NCBI RefSeq assembly: GCF_000400465.1
Contig: NW_008806286.1
Location: forward strand, 23,865-55,864
DNA length: 32,000 nt
Source: Wallemia ichthyophaga EXF-994
Taxonomy: Eukaryota > Fungi > Basidiomycota
Reading direction: 5' to 3'
Shown here piece by piece: positions 31,781 through 32,000 of the stretch (position 1 is the stretch's first letter; each line of letters starts with the position of its first letter). The notes under the pieces were generated by a model that was given only the letters and a program-made list of their open reading frames with translations, had not been told where the DNA came from and did not search any database. Position numbers and translations under genes: made by a program.

Positions 31781-32000
31781 CTAGCTATCCTCCATCTCAA
31801 ACAGTATCTTCTTCCCGCCGTTAGCTTGAGCAGCGAGGGCGTCGCGGAGGGTTTGCGTGGCCTGCTGGTCAGTTTGGTGGCCGCCGATGGAGACGATCTG
31901 GTGGGGAGGTTCTGTGAGCTGTGAGCGGTGTGAGTTAGTGATTGAGCTGGATAAGCGCATACCCACGCTACCACTCTCAATGAGTTGGATTATTTCCCCC
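31781..32000 (-). CDS. 3' end of a gene, possibly mitochondrial trans-2-enoyl reductase (Etr1/MECR-like), partial
   Basis: Spliced GEIIQLIESGSVEPPHQIVSIGGHQTDQQATQTLRDALAAQANGGKKILFEMEDS*, via a GTATGC...CTAAC...CAG intron. The GKK-x-LF ending resembles the MDR/Etr1 C-terminus. Confidence 0.45.
   Translation of the reverse strand, partial: GEIIQLIESGSVGMRLSSSITNSHRSQLTEPPHQIVSIGGHQTDQQATQTLRDALAAQANGGKKILFEMEDS

Overview
Eukaryotic (fungal) genomic DNA. It is extremely gene-dense, with many ~40-55 nt GT-AG introns carrying CTAAC/CTGAC/CTCAC branch sites. Protein families, intron style, compactness and acidic class I hydrophobins point to a basidiomycete, most likely Wallemia (inference, not verified). 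Contents in order: a decayed LINE-ORF1-like relic abutting an intron-containing tRNA-Leu(AAG), two tandem hydrophobins, RPL39, ESA1, PET112/GatB, LSM5, two unknown ORFs, an atypical AA9 LPMO, a cyclin K/T-like gene, a phosphatase-only PNKP, an H2A-H2B pair, TRL1, a box C/D snoRNA (snR70/SNORD43-like) in a 212-nt intron of an apparently non-coding host, Sec61-beta, VAMP7, RKI1, an STF2-like gene, a carboxylesterase, ABP1, an unknown gene, a Pcl-type cyclin, a proline-rich gene, SSZ1 and the 3' end of a probable enoyl-reductase. The strongest observations are the hidden snoRNA with a bipartite 18S-complementary guide, five head-to-head gene pairs whose start codons are only 25-47 bp apart, and an AA9 with a rewired copper second sphere. 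Exon structures were assembled by eye and need RNA-seq confirmation. No database searches were run.
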